In this document: piece by piece, positions 1 to 8,512 of the stretch
Layout of the letters: each line of letters starts with the position of its first letter
Position numbering within the stretch: position 1 is the stretch's first letter
From: Bacteroidota bacterium
GTDB taxonomy: Bacteria > Bacteroidota > Bacteroidia > Bacteroidales > FEN-979
DNA length: 64,000 bases
Direction: 5' to 3'
Assembly: GCA_043810345.1 (NCBI GenBank)
Contig: JBDROF010000043.1
Coordinates: 1,112-65,111, forward strand
The notes under the pieces: model-generated
Told to the model about the DNA's origin: nothing
Seen by the model: the letters and a program-made list of their open reading frames with translations, nothing else
The model's database searches: none
Translations under genes and position numbers: made by a program

Positions 1-1
1 C

Positions 2-448
2 CTTGATTCTGACACGGAAGCAGTTTTTGATATCACCCATGATTTTCTATTGAAATCGAAACCTGCCTTTCTCCAAGCATGTCTGATGACACCTTACCCT
101 GGTACACAGGTGTTTGAACATCTTAAAAGCGAAGGAAGGATTTTAACCGATGACTGGAGTAAATATGATACCAAAAAGGTCGTTGTGTCTCCCAAAAATA
201 TCTCTACTGAAAGGCTGGAGCAGGGCTATGCAGAGATAAGAAAATCCACCTACACAATGAGTTCTATTTTTAACCGTGCCTTACCTCATATCCTAATGGG
301 TATTCCAGAAACCCTTTTGTACTTTTCTTTAAATATTGGAGCCCGTATCACCTATAAAAAAAGTGATAAAACCAATATTTACAGGAACCCCGGTGATCTC
401 CCAATCGATTTTGATACCGCGAAGTACATAAAACCATTTAAAAAGTAA
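2..448 (+). CDS. C-terminal part of a radical SAM enzyme (B12-binding radical SAM / DUF4070-type tail); 5' end lies upstream of the window
   Basis: Frame is open from nt 2. The tail LMTPYPGTQVFEHLKSEGRILTDDWSKYD resembles the conserved C-terminal region of B12-binding radical SAM proteins as I recall it. Confidence 0.5.
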   Translation, partial: LDSDTEAVFDITHDFLLKSKPAFLQACLMTPYPGTQVFEHLKSEGRILTDDWSKYDTKKVVVSPKNISTERLEQGYAEIRKSTYTMSSIFNRALPHILMGIPETLLYFSLNIGARITYKKSDKTNIYRNPGDLPIDFDTAKYIKPFKK

Positions 449-477
449 ATGGGAAATCATGAGTGGGGAGTTTTTCC

Positions 478-1014
478 TCAATGAACTGAAAGTATGATAT
501 CCTTTTCATCGGAATTGCGTTTTGCATTGTGCATCAGGTACATCGAAAGGTAATAAGCTCCGATAGTCAAAGGTATACCAAGGATCAGTCCACCGAGAAG
601 GAGGCTGTAGAAAATGGAGATGTTTCCACAAAAGATATCCAACAGGGCTTTCACACTGACTTTTTCAGGATAAGAAAAGTCGATTTGGGCTCCCAGCACT
701 TGTTTCCCCACCAGAAAAGAAAATCCATAAAAGAGGGGTGCCGTTAAGATGTTAATGTGGTACACCCCGATTACGGCTGCAACCTTGCTCCATTTAAACA
801 CTTTGGTGAAGAGCAGGGCAATGAAAACCTTGATCCCTACAAAAGGGGTGGTTGCCAGGAAAACTCCAAATGCATACCCCAGGCAGATCTTCTTCGGGTC
901 TGACTTTATTTGAACCAGTTTTTCTTTTAAAATAGTCAGCCATTTAACCGTTTTTTCCTTAATTGGTGACATAATCAATATTTTTTTCTGAAACAGTTTT
1001 TTTAACTTCATCAT
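478..1014 (-). CDS. DUF2062-family membrane protein
   Basis: 178-aa ORF. GYAFGVFLATTPFVGIKVFIALLF plus further TM helices is typical of DUF2062. The start is uncertain; the internal MSPIKEK at 972 would reduce overlap with the upstream gene. Confidence 0.55.
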   Translation of the reverse strand: MMKLKKLFQKKILIMSPIKEKTVKWLTILKEKLVQIKSDPKKICLGYAFGVFLATTPFVGIKVFIALLFTKVFKWSKVAAVIGVYHINILTAPLFYGFSFLVGKQVLGAQIDFSYPEKVSVKALLDIFCGNISIFYSLLLGGLILGIPLTIGAYYLSMYLMHNAKRNSDEKDIILSVH

Positions 1015-1651
1015 GAAATGCTGCCATTGTCTTTAACAGATTGTTCTGTATAATTGGATCGGTAATCCATCGGGGAAATGAAGGCTTCTGGTTGGAAAAC
1101 ATACTATATTCAACCTTTACCTTATTATGTCCAAGGTTCGTGATGATCCAGGACCCCTCCATGTGTGGGATTCTGGTAACCCCTTCAAAATGTCTGATGT
1201 ATGAAGGAGTGCCTGTTAACCGGATCATGGTTTTTCCACCCGGAGGATCCTCACTTACCTCATATTTTATGATGCAGTCCTGGTTATTGAGCGGCCAGGG
1301 AATAGAGAACTGAACATAAGAATACCATTGGCTGGAATCAATCGTCTTTACCCGGTAATAATCTTTGGTCCCATTCATCCATTTTGTGAAAGACCTGTCA
1401 TTACGAAGCACGGATAACACCGTTGCAATGGTTCCTTTCATGACTAATTCAGATTTTATCTGCCTGGCAGAACGGCTTTCGGTGACCGGAATCCAGCGGG
1501 TAAAAATTTGGATACCGGAAACATCCTTCACGAGTACGAATCCCGGATCGTTGTCATTATCTACCTTTTCTGCGACATTTTTACCGGTTGCATTGTTCCA
1601 TAATAATGTGCTTAAGAGAAGCATCATCAGCAATAGATTGTTTGTTTTCAT
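959..1651 (-). CDS. secreted START/SRPBCC lipid-binding domain protein
   Basis: The internal ATG at 1651 gives the signal peptide MKTNNLLLMMLLLSTLLW. The body (FVLVKDVSGIQIFTRW...WPLNNQDCII...SFPRWITDPII) follows the START-domain pattern. Confidence 0.6.
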   Translation of the reverse strand: MKTNNLLLMMLLLSTLLWNNATGKNVAEKVDNDNDPGFVLVKDVSGIQIFTRWIPVTESRSARQIKSELVMKGTIATVLSVLRNDRSFTKWMNGTKDYYRVKTIDSSQWYSYVQFSIPWPLNNQDCIIKYEVSEDPPGGKTMIRLTGTPSYIRHFEGVTRIPHMEGSWIITNLGHNKVKVEYSMFSNQKPSFPRWITDPIIQNNLLKTMAAFHDEVKKTVSEKNIDYVTN

Positions 1652-2140
1652 GGCATCTGTGGTTTTAATAGTTAATGAAACAAATGTATGGTCAGTGAAA
1701 CCGTGGAGGAAATTGATAATCGCGAAAGCCTTTTCCTGTTCCTTAAAAATTCTGCAGAACATACCTCATCCCGGTAAAAAACCGGTGAGTTTGGTGTAAA
1801 ATGCCATTTTGAAGAGCCGAAAGAGGAATATTCGGAAACGATGCAAAATTCAAATGAGCGATTATCGGAATGTCAGAATAATGACGTTTCTGATTTCCTG
1901 TAGTATAAAAAATTAGCACAAATAGCAAATCCCGGATTAATTTTTATGATTTTCTGCAAATCCTGTGTCGTTTTCCGTTCTTACTAGACAAAAAAACGGT
2001 CAATTCAGGTTTCCTTGGTTTAAACAGCTCAAAATCCCTGAATTTCCACAAACCGTTCCGGAGTGGTAGTAGTAATCCATTTCATTACAGGTATTTCCAA
2101 TTGTATGTTTGCTGTGATTTGTTACGAATAACAAGAAATC

Positions 2141-2941
2141 ATGGAAAACAACCGACCGACTGCCTTCATTACCGGAGCCACGAGTGGTATCGGAAAAGAG
2201 TTTGCCTGCAGGTTCGCCAAAAAAGGGTATAATTTGATTATAACAGGCAGACGTAAATTGGAATTGAAAAAAGTTGCCAAATCGATTTCAACTGATTACA
2301 GGGTCGACGTAAAGGTTATTATCGGGGATCTGGCTGACCAGCGGTACCGCCAGGAACTTTGCAACAGAATAGAAGAAGCAGGCGATATCGATGCACTGGT
2401 GAACAATGCCGGGTTCGGGATCGATCAATCTTTTTACACCATAGGCATTGATGAGATCCGGTCGATGATCTTAACACATACCCTGGCCACCGTTGAATTA
2501 ATTCATGCCGTTCTGCCCGGAATGATTGAACGGAGAAGGGGAACGATCATTAATGTTTCTTCACTCGGTGCATTCATACCGGGATTGACCCGGAGCTTAT
2601 ACCTGGGGACAAAATCATTCGTCCATTATTTCACCGAAGCCCTCAGCACAGAGGTCGGACCATTGGGAATAAAGATCCAGAGTCTTTGTCCGGGAATAAC
2701 CCGATCAGATTTCCACCGGAACACATGTAATGAAAAATTGGAGAAAAAACTGCGACTTATACCCTTTATGAGTCCAAAAGAGGTTGTCAACACATCATTG
2801 ATGTCCATGGAAAGGGGACGGATCTTCTGCATCCCGGGAGCCATTAACAAATTGTTTTATTTTATTGCAAAAGTTCTTCCTGTCAGGGTATTGATGCAAA
2901 TAGCCGGATTTCATCGGGCCCCAGACCTCCCTATTGGCTAG
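2141..2941 (+). CDS. SDR-family oxidoreductase
   Basis: 266 aa with the TGATSGIGKE Rossmann motif, NNAG, and the YLGTK catalytic YxxxK. Confidence 0.85.
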   Translation: MENNRPTAFITGATSGIGKEFACRFAKKGYNLIITGRRKLELKKVAKSISTDYRVDVKVIIGDLADQRYRQELCNRIEEAGDIDALVNNAGFGIDQSFYTIGIDEIRSMILTHTLATVELIHAVLPGMIERRRGTIINVSSLGAFIPGLTRSLYLGTKSFVHYFTEALSTEVGPLGIKIQSLCPGITRSDFHRNTCNEKLEKKLRLIPFMSPKEVVNTSLMSMERGRIFCIPGAINKLFYFIAKVLPVRVLMQIAGFHRAPDLPIG

Positions 2942-2953
2942 TTTTGGGAATAG

Positions 2954-3328
2954 CGAACCGATTCTCAAAGAAAAATTATTAATAATGCAAAAAAGAAAGA
3001 GGCCAATCTTCGGGCAATTCAACTGCTTGAAAGGTTTGGCATTGGCCATCTGGCAAAGGCCTGTCCGCGAACCATGAGCCAGGGAGAGAAGCAGCGTGTA
3101 GCCGTTGCACGTGCCTTAGCCAACAATGCAACGTTGATCATTGCTGATGAACCTACCGGCAGTTTGGCCACCGGGCAGGGTATGAATATCGTGAGCCTGC
3201 TGAGGGATTCAGCAATAACCGAAAACCGCTGCATCATCATCGCCAGCCACGACCAGCGTATTGCCGGTTATGCCGACCGTGTATTCTATCTAAAGGATGG
3301 CGAGCTTTCAAAAAAAGGTGAAAAGTGA
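2954..3328 (+). pseudogene. 5'-truncated ABC-transporter ATPase (LolD/MacB-like). Only the signature, Walker B and H-loop half remains.
   Basis: The frame opens right after the TAG at 2951-2953 and reads ...LLERFGIGHLAKACPRTMSQGEKQRVAVARAL..LIIADEPTGSL..ASHD. No Walker A or Q-loop is present, because the SDR gene ends at 2941. Confidence 0.6.
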
Positions 3329-4171
3329 CGCGTCACATGCGCCCGTTTTGCTCAGTGAATTATAATCCTTCCATTGCTCCAGGTGGGACTGGATGTAATC
3401 AATGACCGTCTGATGCTCTTTTTTCCCCGAGCCTGTAACCGGGAATGGTTTACCGAAAGCTATATGGATGGGTTTTTGACGTTGGATGGGTCCAAGATAT
3501 TTAGTGTACTTGCCGTTCCCCCAGAAATCGGTTTTTATTGCTACCGGAATTACCGGAATACCGGCACGGACGGCGAGTTTTATCCCAAGTGAATTGAACT
3601 CCTCAGGAATGAATTCCGTCCGGCGAGTATGCTGAGGGAAAATAAGTACCGAGATTCCCTTGGATATCCTCTCCAATCCCTGTTCCATCACCATCCTGAA
3701 ATCTTCCCTCGGATTGCTCCGGCTTAACACGATTGGATTCCGTGAACGCATCACCGCACCGAAAACCCAATGGTTGACCAGGGCATCCTTAACAATAAAG
3801 GTGACATCCTTTAACGGTTGTATGATTCCGGGAAAGATCATGGTTTCAAGCGTACTCATGTGGTTGCTGATGAATACCACCGGTCCCTGGCTGTTCCTGA
3901 TATTTTCCAACCCACTGATTTGGAAACGTCCTCCGCAACCCTCGATAAGTCTGAAAACATCATGGGAGGAGGACACCCAATAGGCAGTATCATAAAGACC
4001 CTTTATGGCAGCGCTGCGGGTTGAAAAACAAAGAACGACGTACCGGCTCATGAAATAGATTCGTGTATTCAATGCAAGCCGGTCATACAGATGACGGTGG
4101 GTATTCCCTGGGGTACAATAACCGTCGGAAGTCAACAAAAATTGAGTTATTTCATCTTTTTCTTCCTTCAT
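3308..4171 (-). CDS. lysophospholipid acyltransferase (PlsC/LPLAT family)
   Basis: 287 aa. Contains the FISNHMSTLE (HX4D/E-like) motif and IFPQHTRR and PVIPVAI blocks typical of 1-acyl-glycerol-3-phosphate acyltransferase-like enzymes. Confidence 0.7.
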   Translation of the reverse strand: MKEEKDEITQFLLTSDGYCTPGNTHRHLYDRLALNTRIYFMSRYVVLCFSTRSAAIKGLYDTAYWVSSSHDVFRLIEGCGGRFQISGLENIRNSQGPVVFISNHMSTLETMIFPGIIQPLKDVTFIVKDALVNHWVFGAVMRSRNPIVLSRSNPREDFRMVMEQGLERISKGISVLIFPQHTRRTEFIPEEFNSLGIKLAVRAGIPVIPVAIKTDFWGNGKYTKYLGPIQRQKPIHIAFGKPFPVTGSGKKEHQTVIDYIQSHLEQWKDYNSLSKTGACDASLFTFF

Positions 4172-4317
4172 CTCAGTCGCAGAACATTGCCAAAAATACT
4201 AAAATTTCAAGGATTGGTGAGGGCATCAGAAAACTACCCGGAATACACAGGTTTAACAGATCTTTCCAAGAGGGTGTAACAGGTATTATCCGGTTTATAG
4301 AGAAGGAATTTCCAAAG

Positions 4318-4482
4318 ATGAATCAGAAAAACCAATCCAATTCCGATAAAATCTTAACCGTTGAAGAAGTCGCTCAGATTTTAAAAGTTACACCCCAAAC
4401 CGTTTACAAACTGATTAAGAAGGGTAAGATGCAGGAACCCGTATTTACTTCTCAGGCAAGGGGTGTACATAAATTAGAGTAG
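4318..4482 (+). CDS. small excisionase/MerR-type helix-turn-helix protein (HTH_17-like), possibly C-terminally degraded
   Basis: ATG at 4318. ILTVEEVAQILKVTPQTVYKLIKKGKM is the classic HTH_17 core. The listed 139-aa ORF upstream of it looks like a non-coding extension. Confidence 0.45.
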   Translation: MNQKNQSNSDKILTVEEVAQILKVTPQTVYKLIKKGKMQEPVFTSQARGVHKLE

Positions 4483-4629
4483 CGTTGTCGAAAAACTAAA
4501 AAAGAATAACTTTACAGGCACAAAAAGCCATTGACCGTTCTTTACAATTTTGTCCTCAGAAAATCCCTCTCAACAGAGGAGGGGTCAGTAAGGCCGGAAT
4601 AGACAAAAGGAGAAATATAAAATAGAAGC

Positions 4630-5043
4630 ATGAAAAACCTGATAGTATTTATACTTATCATTTGTCCCATTCTGATTTGTTCATGCAAGCGGGACAAGAT
4701 TATCATTTGTACAGAAGAGTATAGTATGCTGACGGTTTCGATTAAGGATACAGCATCAAACCCCGTCATCCTGAGTCAATATTTTGTTAAGAAAACAAGT
4801 ACGGGCGAGATCATTGATTTTTCTCAAGAAGACCCCTATTTTGATAGTATTAACAGAATACAGGGAATCTATTTTGTATTTACTGACGGGAAGATGGGAA
4901 TGACCTCAAAAAATGGGACTGAATTTGAGTTTCATGGAATATTGGGGACTACGGAAATAGTAAATGAAAAGTATATTATAGGTAATGATGACTGCCATGT
5001 TATCATGCTATCTGGGAAAACTGAGATCGTTATTTCAAAATGA
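4630..5043 (+). CDS. hypothetical lipoprotein
   Basis: 137 aa. The N-terminus MKNLIVFILIICPILICSC looks like a lipoprotein signal. No family recognised. Confidence 0.45.
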   Translation: MKNLIVFILIICPILICSCKRDKIIICTEEYSMLTVSIKDTASNPVILSQYFVKKTSTGEIIDFSQEDPYFDSINRIQGIYFVFTDGKMGMTSKNGTEFEFHGILGTTEIVNEKYIIGNDDCHVIMLSGKTEIVISK

Positions 5044-5054
5044 ATGATGGATTG

Positions 5055-5318
5055 TCACCTTTTTACCCTCCTGATCTCCTCCGATTCCACTTTCTGATCC
5101 AGTTGCCCGATCCCACTCTCGCAATTTGGTTGCAGGTCGATGATCTTCATCTTGTTACTGACGTACCCATGATACCGAAATTCATTGATGAACCCCAGTT
5201 CTGGTCTCACTGTACAATCTGCTAACCACCATTTCGAGAGACCTTCTTGAGTGGTAATCACTTTGAAAACGTTTTCTGGCGAGGATTTTATTAGTATTTG
5301 GTGGAAGATGGTTTCCAT
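5055..5318 (-). pseudogene. truncated SRPBCC/AHSA1-like protein
   Basis: The N-terminal 60 aa (IKSSPENVFKVITTQEGLSKWWLADCTVRPELGFINEFRY) match the Aha1/SRPBCC pattern. The ORF ends at 87 aa where homologues run to about 140 aa, and the neighbouring lipoprotein gene occupies the missing part. Confidence 0.4.
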
Positions 5319-5327
5319 TGATGTCTA

Positions 5328-5798
5328 TTACTTCTTTCCTGTCCTCCAAGGGCAAACCTTCCGACATTCATTACAAGTGTAAATATCCCACCCTCTTGCA
5401 TGCTGGGGACAGGAAATCTCCCTAAAGGCAGCATGTCGAAGGGAGATGATCCCCATCCCATGTTTATTCTCAGCATCCCAGTAAAGATAAGGAACATCCG
5501 TTGGTACTGGAACTGTATGGATGTTTTGTTGTTCGAGATGGGAACATAGATTCAGTCCGATCTGATCCAGTGCAGAATAGAGGAGGTATGCGGTATGGGA
5601 ATAGGGAACTGGATTCTCTGCAATGATTACATCAGAGGGCAATCGCTTGAGAAAAACAACAACAGACTTACATTTTGAATAGACATCTGTTGGGAGAAAC
5701 CCTGACGGAGCAGAAGAAAATCTATCGATGCTGGCAATCCTGCATTTGTCGGCACCAAGATTGAGGGCAATTGATCTTATTTCTTCTGAGGAGAGCAT
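5328..5798 (-). pseudogene. epoxyqueuosine-reductase-like (DUF1730 / 4Fe-4S) protein, apparently deleted or frameshifted near the C-terminus
   Basis: The first ~125 aa look like the QueG-type N-terminal domain. After ISLRHAAF the expected GLG..GKN block is missing, and only a partial CxxCxxxCP motif precedes an early stop. Confidence 0.35.
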
Positions 5799-5815
5799 GA
5801 AATAAAAGATGGGTT

Positions 5816-6106
5816 TTATTTCACTTTCACCTTGGATTTTACCTCACCAATGAACTCCTTGGCTGGTTTAAAAGCTGGAACCATATGAGCTGGAATTTTT
5901 ACTGCTGTGTTTTTTGTGATATTCCTCCCGATCTTCTCAGCTCTTTTCTTCAGGAGGAATGTTCCGAAGCCACGGAGATAGATATTTTCACCTTTCGCCA
6001 TTGAGGTCTTGATGGTTGCCATAATGGCTTCAACAGTTGCTTCTACAACAACCTTTTCGATTCCTGTATTTTTTACGATTTCAGTTACTATTTCAGCTTT
6101 TGTCAT
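5816..6106 (-). CDS. hup: HU-family DNA-binding protein
   Basis: 96 aa. MTKAEIV...GENIYLRGFGTF..KKRAEKIGRNITKNTAVKIPAHMVPAFKPAKEF is a canonical HU/IHF fold sequence. Confidence 0.9.
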   Translation of the reverse strand: MTKAEIVTEIVKNTGIEKVVVEATVEAIMATIKTSMAKGENIYLRGFGTFLLKKRAEKIGRNITKNTAVKIPAHMVPAFKPAKEFIGEVKSKVKVK

Positions 6107-6309
6107 ATTCTGAAAAGTTTTAGGGTTAATGTGTTGATTTCGACCCGAAATTAGGAATTATCATGATACTAAAACATGTGAAGAAGAAATATCTTTTTCA
6201 GATCGGGGTATTTAAAGAAGTTTTGGGCTGGGCATTTAAAGAATGAGGTGGTTCTGGAGATGAAAAAGGGTGTTCGATGGCACCCCCTTTTCAATGTCAT
6301 GCATTTTTT

Positions 6310-6580
6310 TCAAGCCGCATGCTGCAATAAACGTTTCAACAGGTTCTTCAGAAAGTTTCGTTTAGTGACGTAATCCCTTGGTGGGTTGATACCGTTTTCT
6401 AACCGGTATTGATAGACGATATCCCGTAATTTCTTGACCAATGAGTCGATTATATTCTGGTTCTCGGGTTGATTTTGTTGTTTGAAATCAATTCCGGTGG
6501 GATACCGGAACACCAATTCCCTTATTGGAATAATATAGAAATACTTTACCGTGCAATTGGACTACCTCTTTATCTTTCAT
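6310..6580 (-). pseudogene. possible remnant of the N-terminal (arm-binding/SAM-like) part of a tyrosine integrase, frameshifted
   Basis: The 68-aa ORF (6310-6516) is preceded, in another frame, by an ATG-initiated fragment MKDKEVVQLHGKVFLYYSNKGI (from 6580). Together they resemble a Bacteroidota integrase N-terminus. This is a weak assignment from memory only. Confidence 0.2.
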
Positions 6581-6738
6581 TGTCAGCGTATTAGAACGTG
6601 GACACGAAAGTAAGGAACATGGGTGGTCAAAAAAAACTGGAGGTCAAATTACCTGAGAATATTTCACTTTTTGATGGAAAGTTAAAGATTTATAAGTTAA
6701 GTCCCCGTAAACATTAGAATGAACTCTCTTTTGTTCTG

Positions 6739-6746
6739 TACTTTTG
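6739..6746 (+). promoter_or_regulatory. candidate Bacteroidota -7 promoter box TActTTTG
   Basis: Matches TAnnTTTG and lies 14 nt upstream of the ATG at 6760. Confidence 0.3.
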
Positions 6747-6759
6747 TTAAAAAAATGAT

Positions 6760-7281
6760 ATGGGTAGAAACAGGGAGTCCTACTATTTTTCTAAACTCGG
6801 CGAACACTTTCCAGAATTGACCAATGGTGAAGTTATTCATTTATCAAATCCAGATGACCCACCCGATTTTTTAGTCAAACAAAAAGATATTGTTTTAGGG
6901 ATAGAAATTACTGAATTGATGAATATTTTACCGGGTGAGTATGATCTACAACAACAATTAAAGTTTCTTCAAGAAATTGTCGATTCAACAAAAGACAAAT
7001 TTGAGAAAGGAAATGATAGACTTTTAATGGTGGAGTTTCTTTTTCATGATCACATTAAACTGAGAAGGTCAGAAATTGATAATTATTCAAATACATTATC
7101 CGAATACATAGTTAAAAAAATTGAGGGTAAGAAACTTAAGAAGGATGAAGTTACCCAATTAGGTTCTGACTACCCTTATTATGTTCGGAAAATATTGGTA
7201 AGAAGAATAAATCCACCAGAAAATCCGGAGATTTGGAGTAAAGATGGGTGGTCCATTCAAAAAACCATTAGACAAGTCTAG
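6760..7281 (+). CDS. orphan hypothetical protein in an AT-rich islet (possible PD-(D/E)xK-like motif)
   Basis: 173 aa, AT-rich codon usage. PPDFLV...LGIEITE is spaced like a PD...ExK-type nuclease core, but with T in place of K. No family recognised. Confidence 0.4.
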   Translation: MGRNRESYYFSKLGEHFPELTNGEVIHLSNPDDPPDFLVKQKDIVLGIEITELMNILPGEYDLQQQLKFLQEIVDSTKDKFEKGNDRLLMVEFLFHDHIKLRRSEIDNYSNTLSEYIVKKIEGKKLKKDEVTQLGSDYPYYVRKILVRRINPPENPEIWSKDGWSIQKTIRQV

Positions 7282-7944
7282 TTGCTGATCTTTCTGGTAA
7301 TACATTTAAATGAATGGATTTTTTATTGCCATGAGCCAATTTCTCTTTAAGGAGCTTAAGAAACATTTCATTTCTGATCAAAGACGATTCCATATCATGA
7401 GCATCTTAAGATATAAAACTTTAACTTTGTGTTATAAAAGTAATGTGATCAAGTCTTATATAGTCTCAAAGATAGAAAGATAATACGTTCTGGACGATAT
7501 CTTTGATCAAAATCATTCAATACTGAGAGAAAATCTTGTAACACAATGTCATTCAGTATAGTAAATGGGATGTGTTCTTAACTTCTGTTTGACTTTGACC
7601 GAAAAAGTCACCGAATTTCGGTGGAAGTGATTGAATCAACATCAGAATCTTCCTTCTTCCAGTTTTCTTTTCCTGAAACACTTCCTGACAGTATTCTTCA
7701 ATTTCGGATAAGATGTCCGGATAAAATCTATTTCATTACACGAAGTTTTTAGACATCTTCCTCATCTAAGATAGTTTAGGGAAATATCCAAGAAATATAC
7801 TTCCCGGATAACCGGAATTATCGATTCTTTAAAAGTACGGACAAGTTTTGCCGGGGGATATAAAGTAATCATACCAAATGATTCTTCTCTGAGTTATAGC
7901 AACAATACGTCGTAACATTTTATGAAAAATACCCTGCCCGGAAA

Positions 7945-8508
7945 TTAAAATGATATGGTGTATTCATACGGTTCAGGATCGCTGTCTTTTTTCTCCTGCT
8001 TAACGTTAGGCTTATCCGGTTTATGGGTATATAAAACAGTATAGTTGATGCTTACTTTTGGGAGCCTGAAGTTGATCCTGGTTTTTGATGTCATTTTCAC
8101 CCGTACGCCCCTGTTCTTCACCTTTTCGAACTGGAGCAGATGGACCACCCGGATGGCCTCTTCATCGCAATCATAACCAAGTCCTTTCAATACGCGTGGA
8201 TTACTCACAGCGCCATTGTCGTTTATGTCGTATTCAACAATTACAAAGCCCTCCACCTTTGCTTCAAGCGCGGTTTCAGGGTAACGCAGGTTTTCCGCAA
8301 TAAATTCCCTGAAAGCCTTACTCCCGCCAGTATATTTTGGCAGGTTCAGAAAACGCTTTTTGTGATGGTGATCAATCATGGTCGTTATTTGGGCGGGAAC
8401 AGATACAAAGATACCAGGAAAAATAATGAATCCTATGTACTTGACGAAGTCCAAAGGAGGGACCAGTACATCCTGACTTTGGCACCACGGCACCACGGCA
8501 CCATTCAC
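7945..8508 (-). CDS. TonB C-terminal domain protein
   Basis: FREFIAENLRYPETALEAKVEGFVIVEYDINDNGAVSNPRVLKGLG matches TonB_C. The first 10 codons of the listed ORF are the translation of a GGCACCAC repeat, so the true start may be TTG 8454 (MDFVKYIGFIIFPGIF TM anchor) or ATG 8379. Confidence 0.65.
   Translation of the reverse strand: MNGAVVPWCQSQDVLVPPLDFVKYIGFIIFPGIFVSVPAQITTMIDHHHKKRFLNLPKYTGGSKAFREFIAENLRYPETALEAKVEGFVIVEYDINDNGAVSNPRVLKGLGYDCDEEAIRVVHLLQFEKVKNRGVRVKMTSKTRINFRLPKVSINYTVLYTHKPDKPNVKQEKKDSDPEPYEYTISF
8481..8504. repeat. tandem octamer GGCACCAC x3
   Basis: ggcaccac ggcaccac ggcaccat, between the HTH-regulator stop (8513) and the TonB-like gene. Same CACCAC family as 11027 and 61450. 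Confidence 0.8.
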
Positions 8509-8512
8509 CAGT

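Noticed and set aside
6263-6292. Possible terminator hairpin gggtg-N8-caccc flanked by A and T runs, downstream of the 68-aa ORF
   Set aside because: It has only a 5-bp stem with an 8-nt loop, which is too weak to call without energy calculation or 3'-end data.
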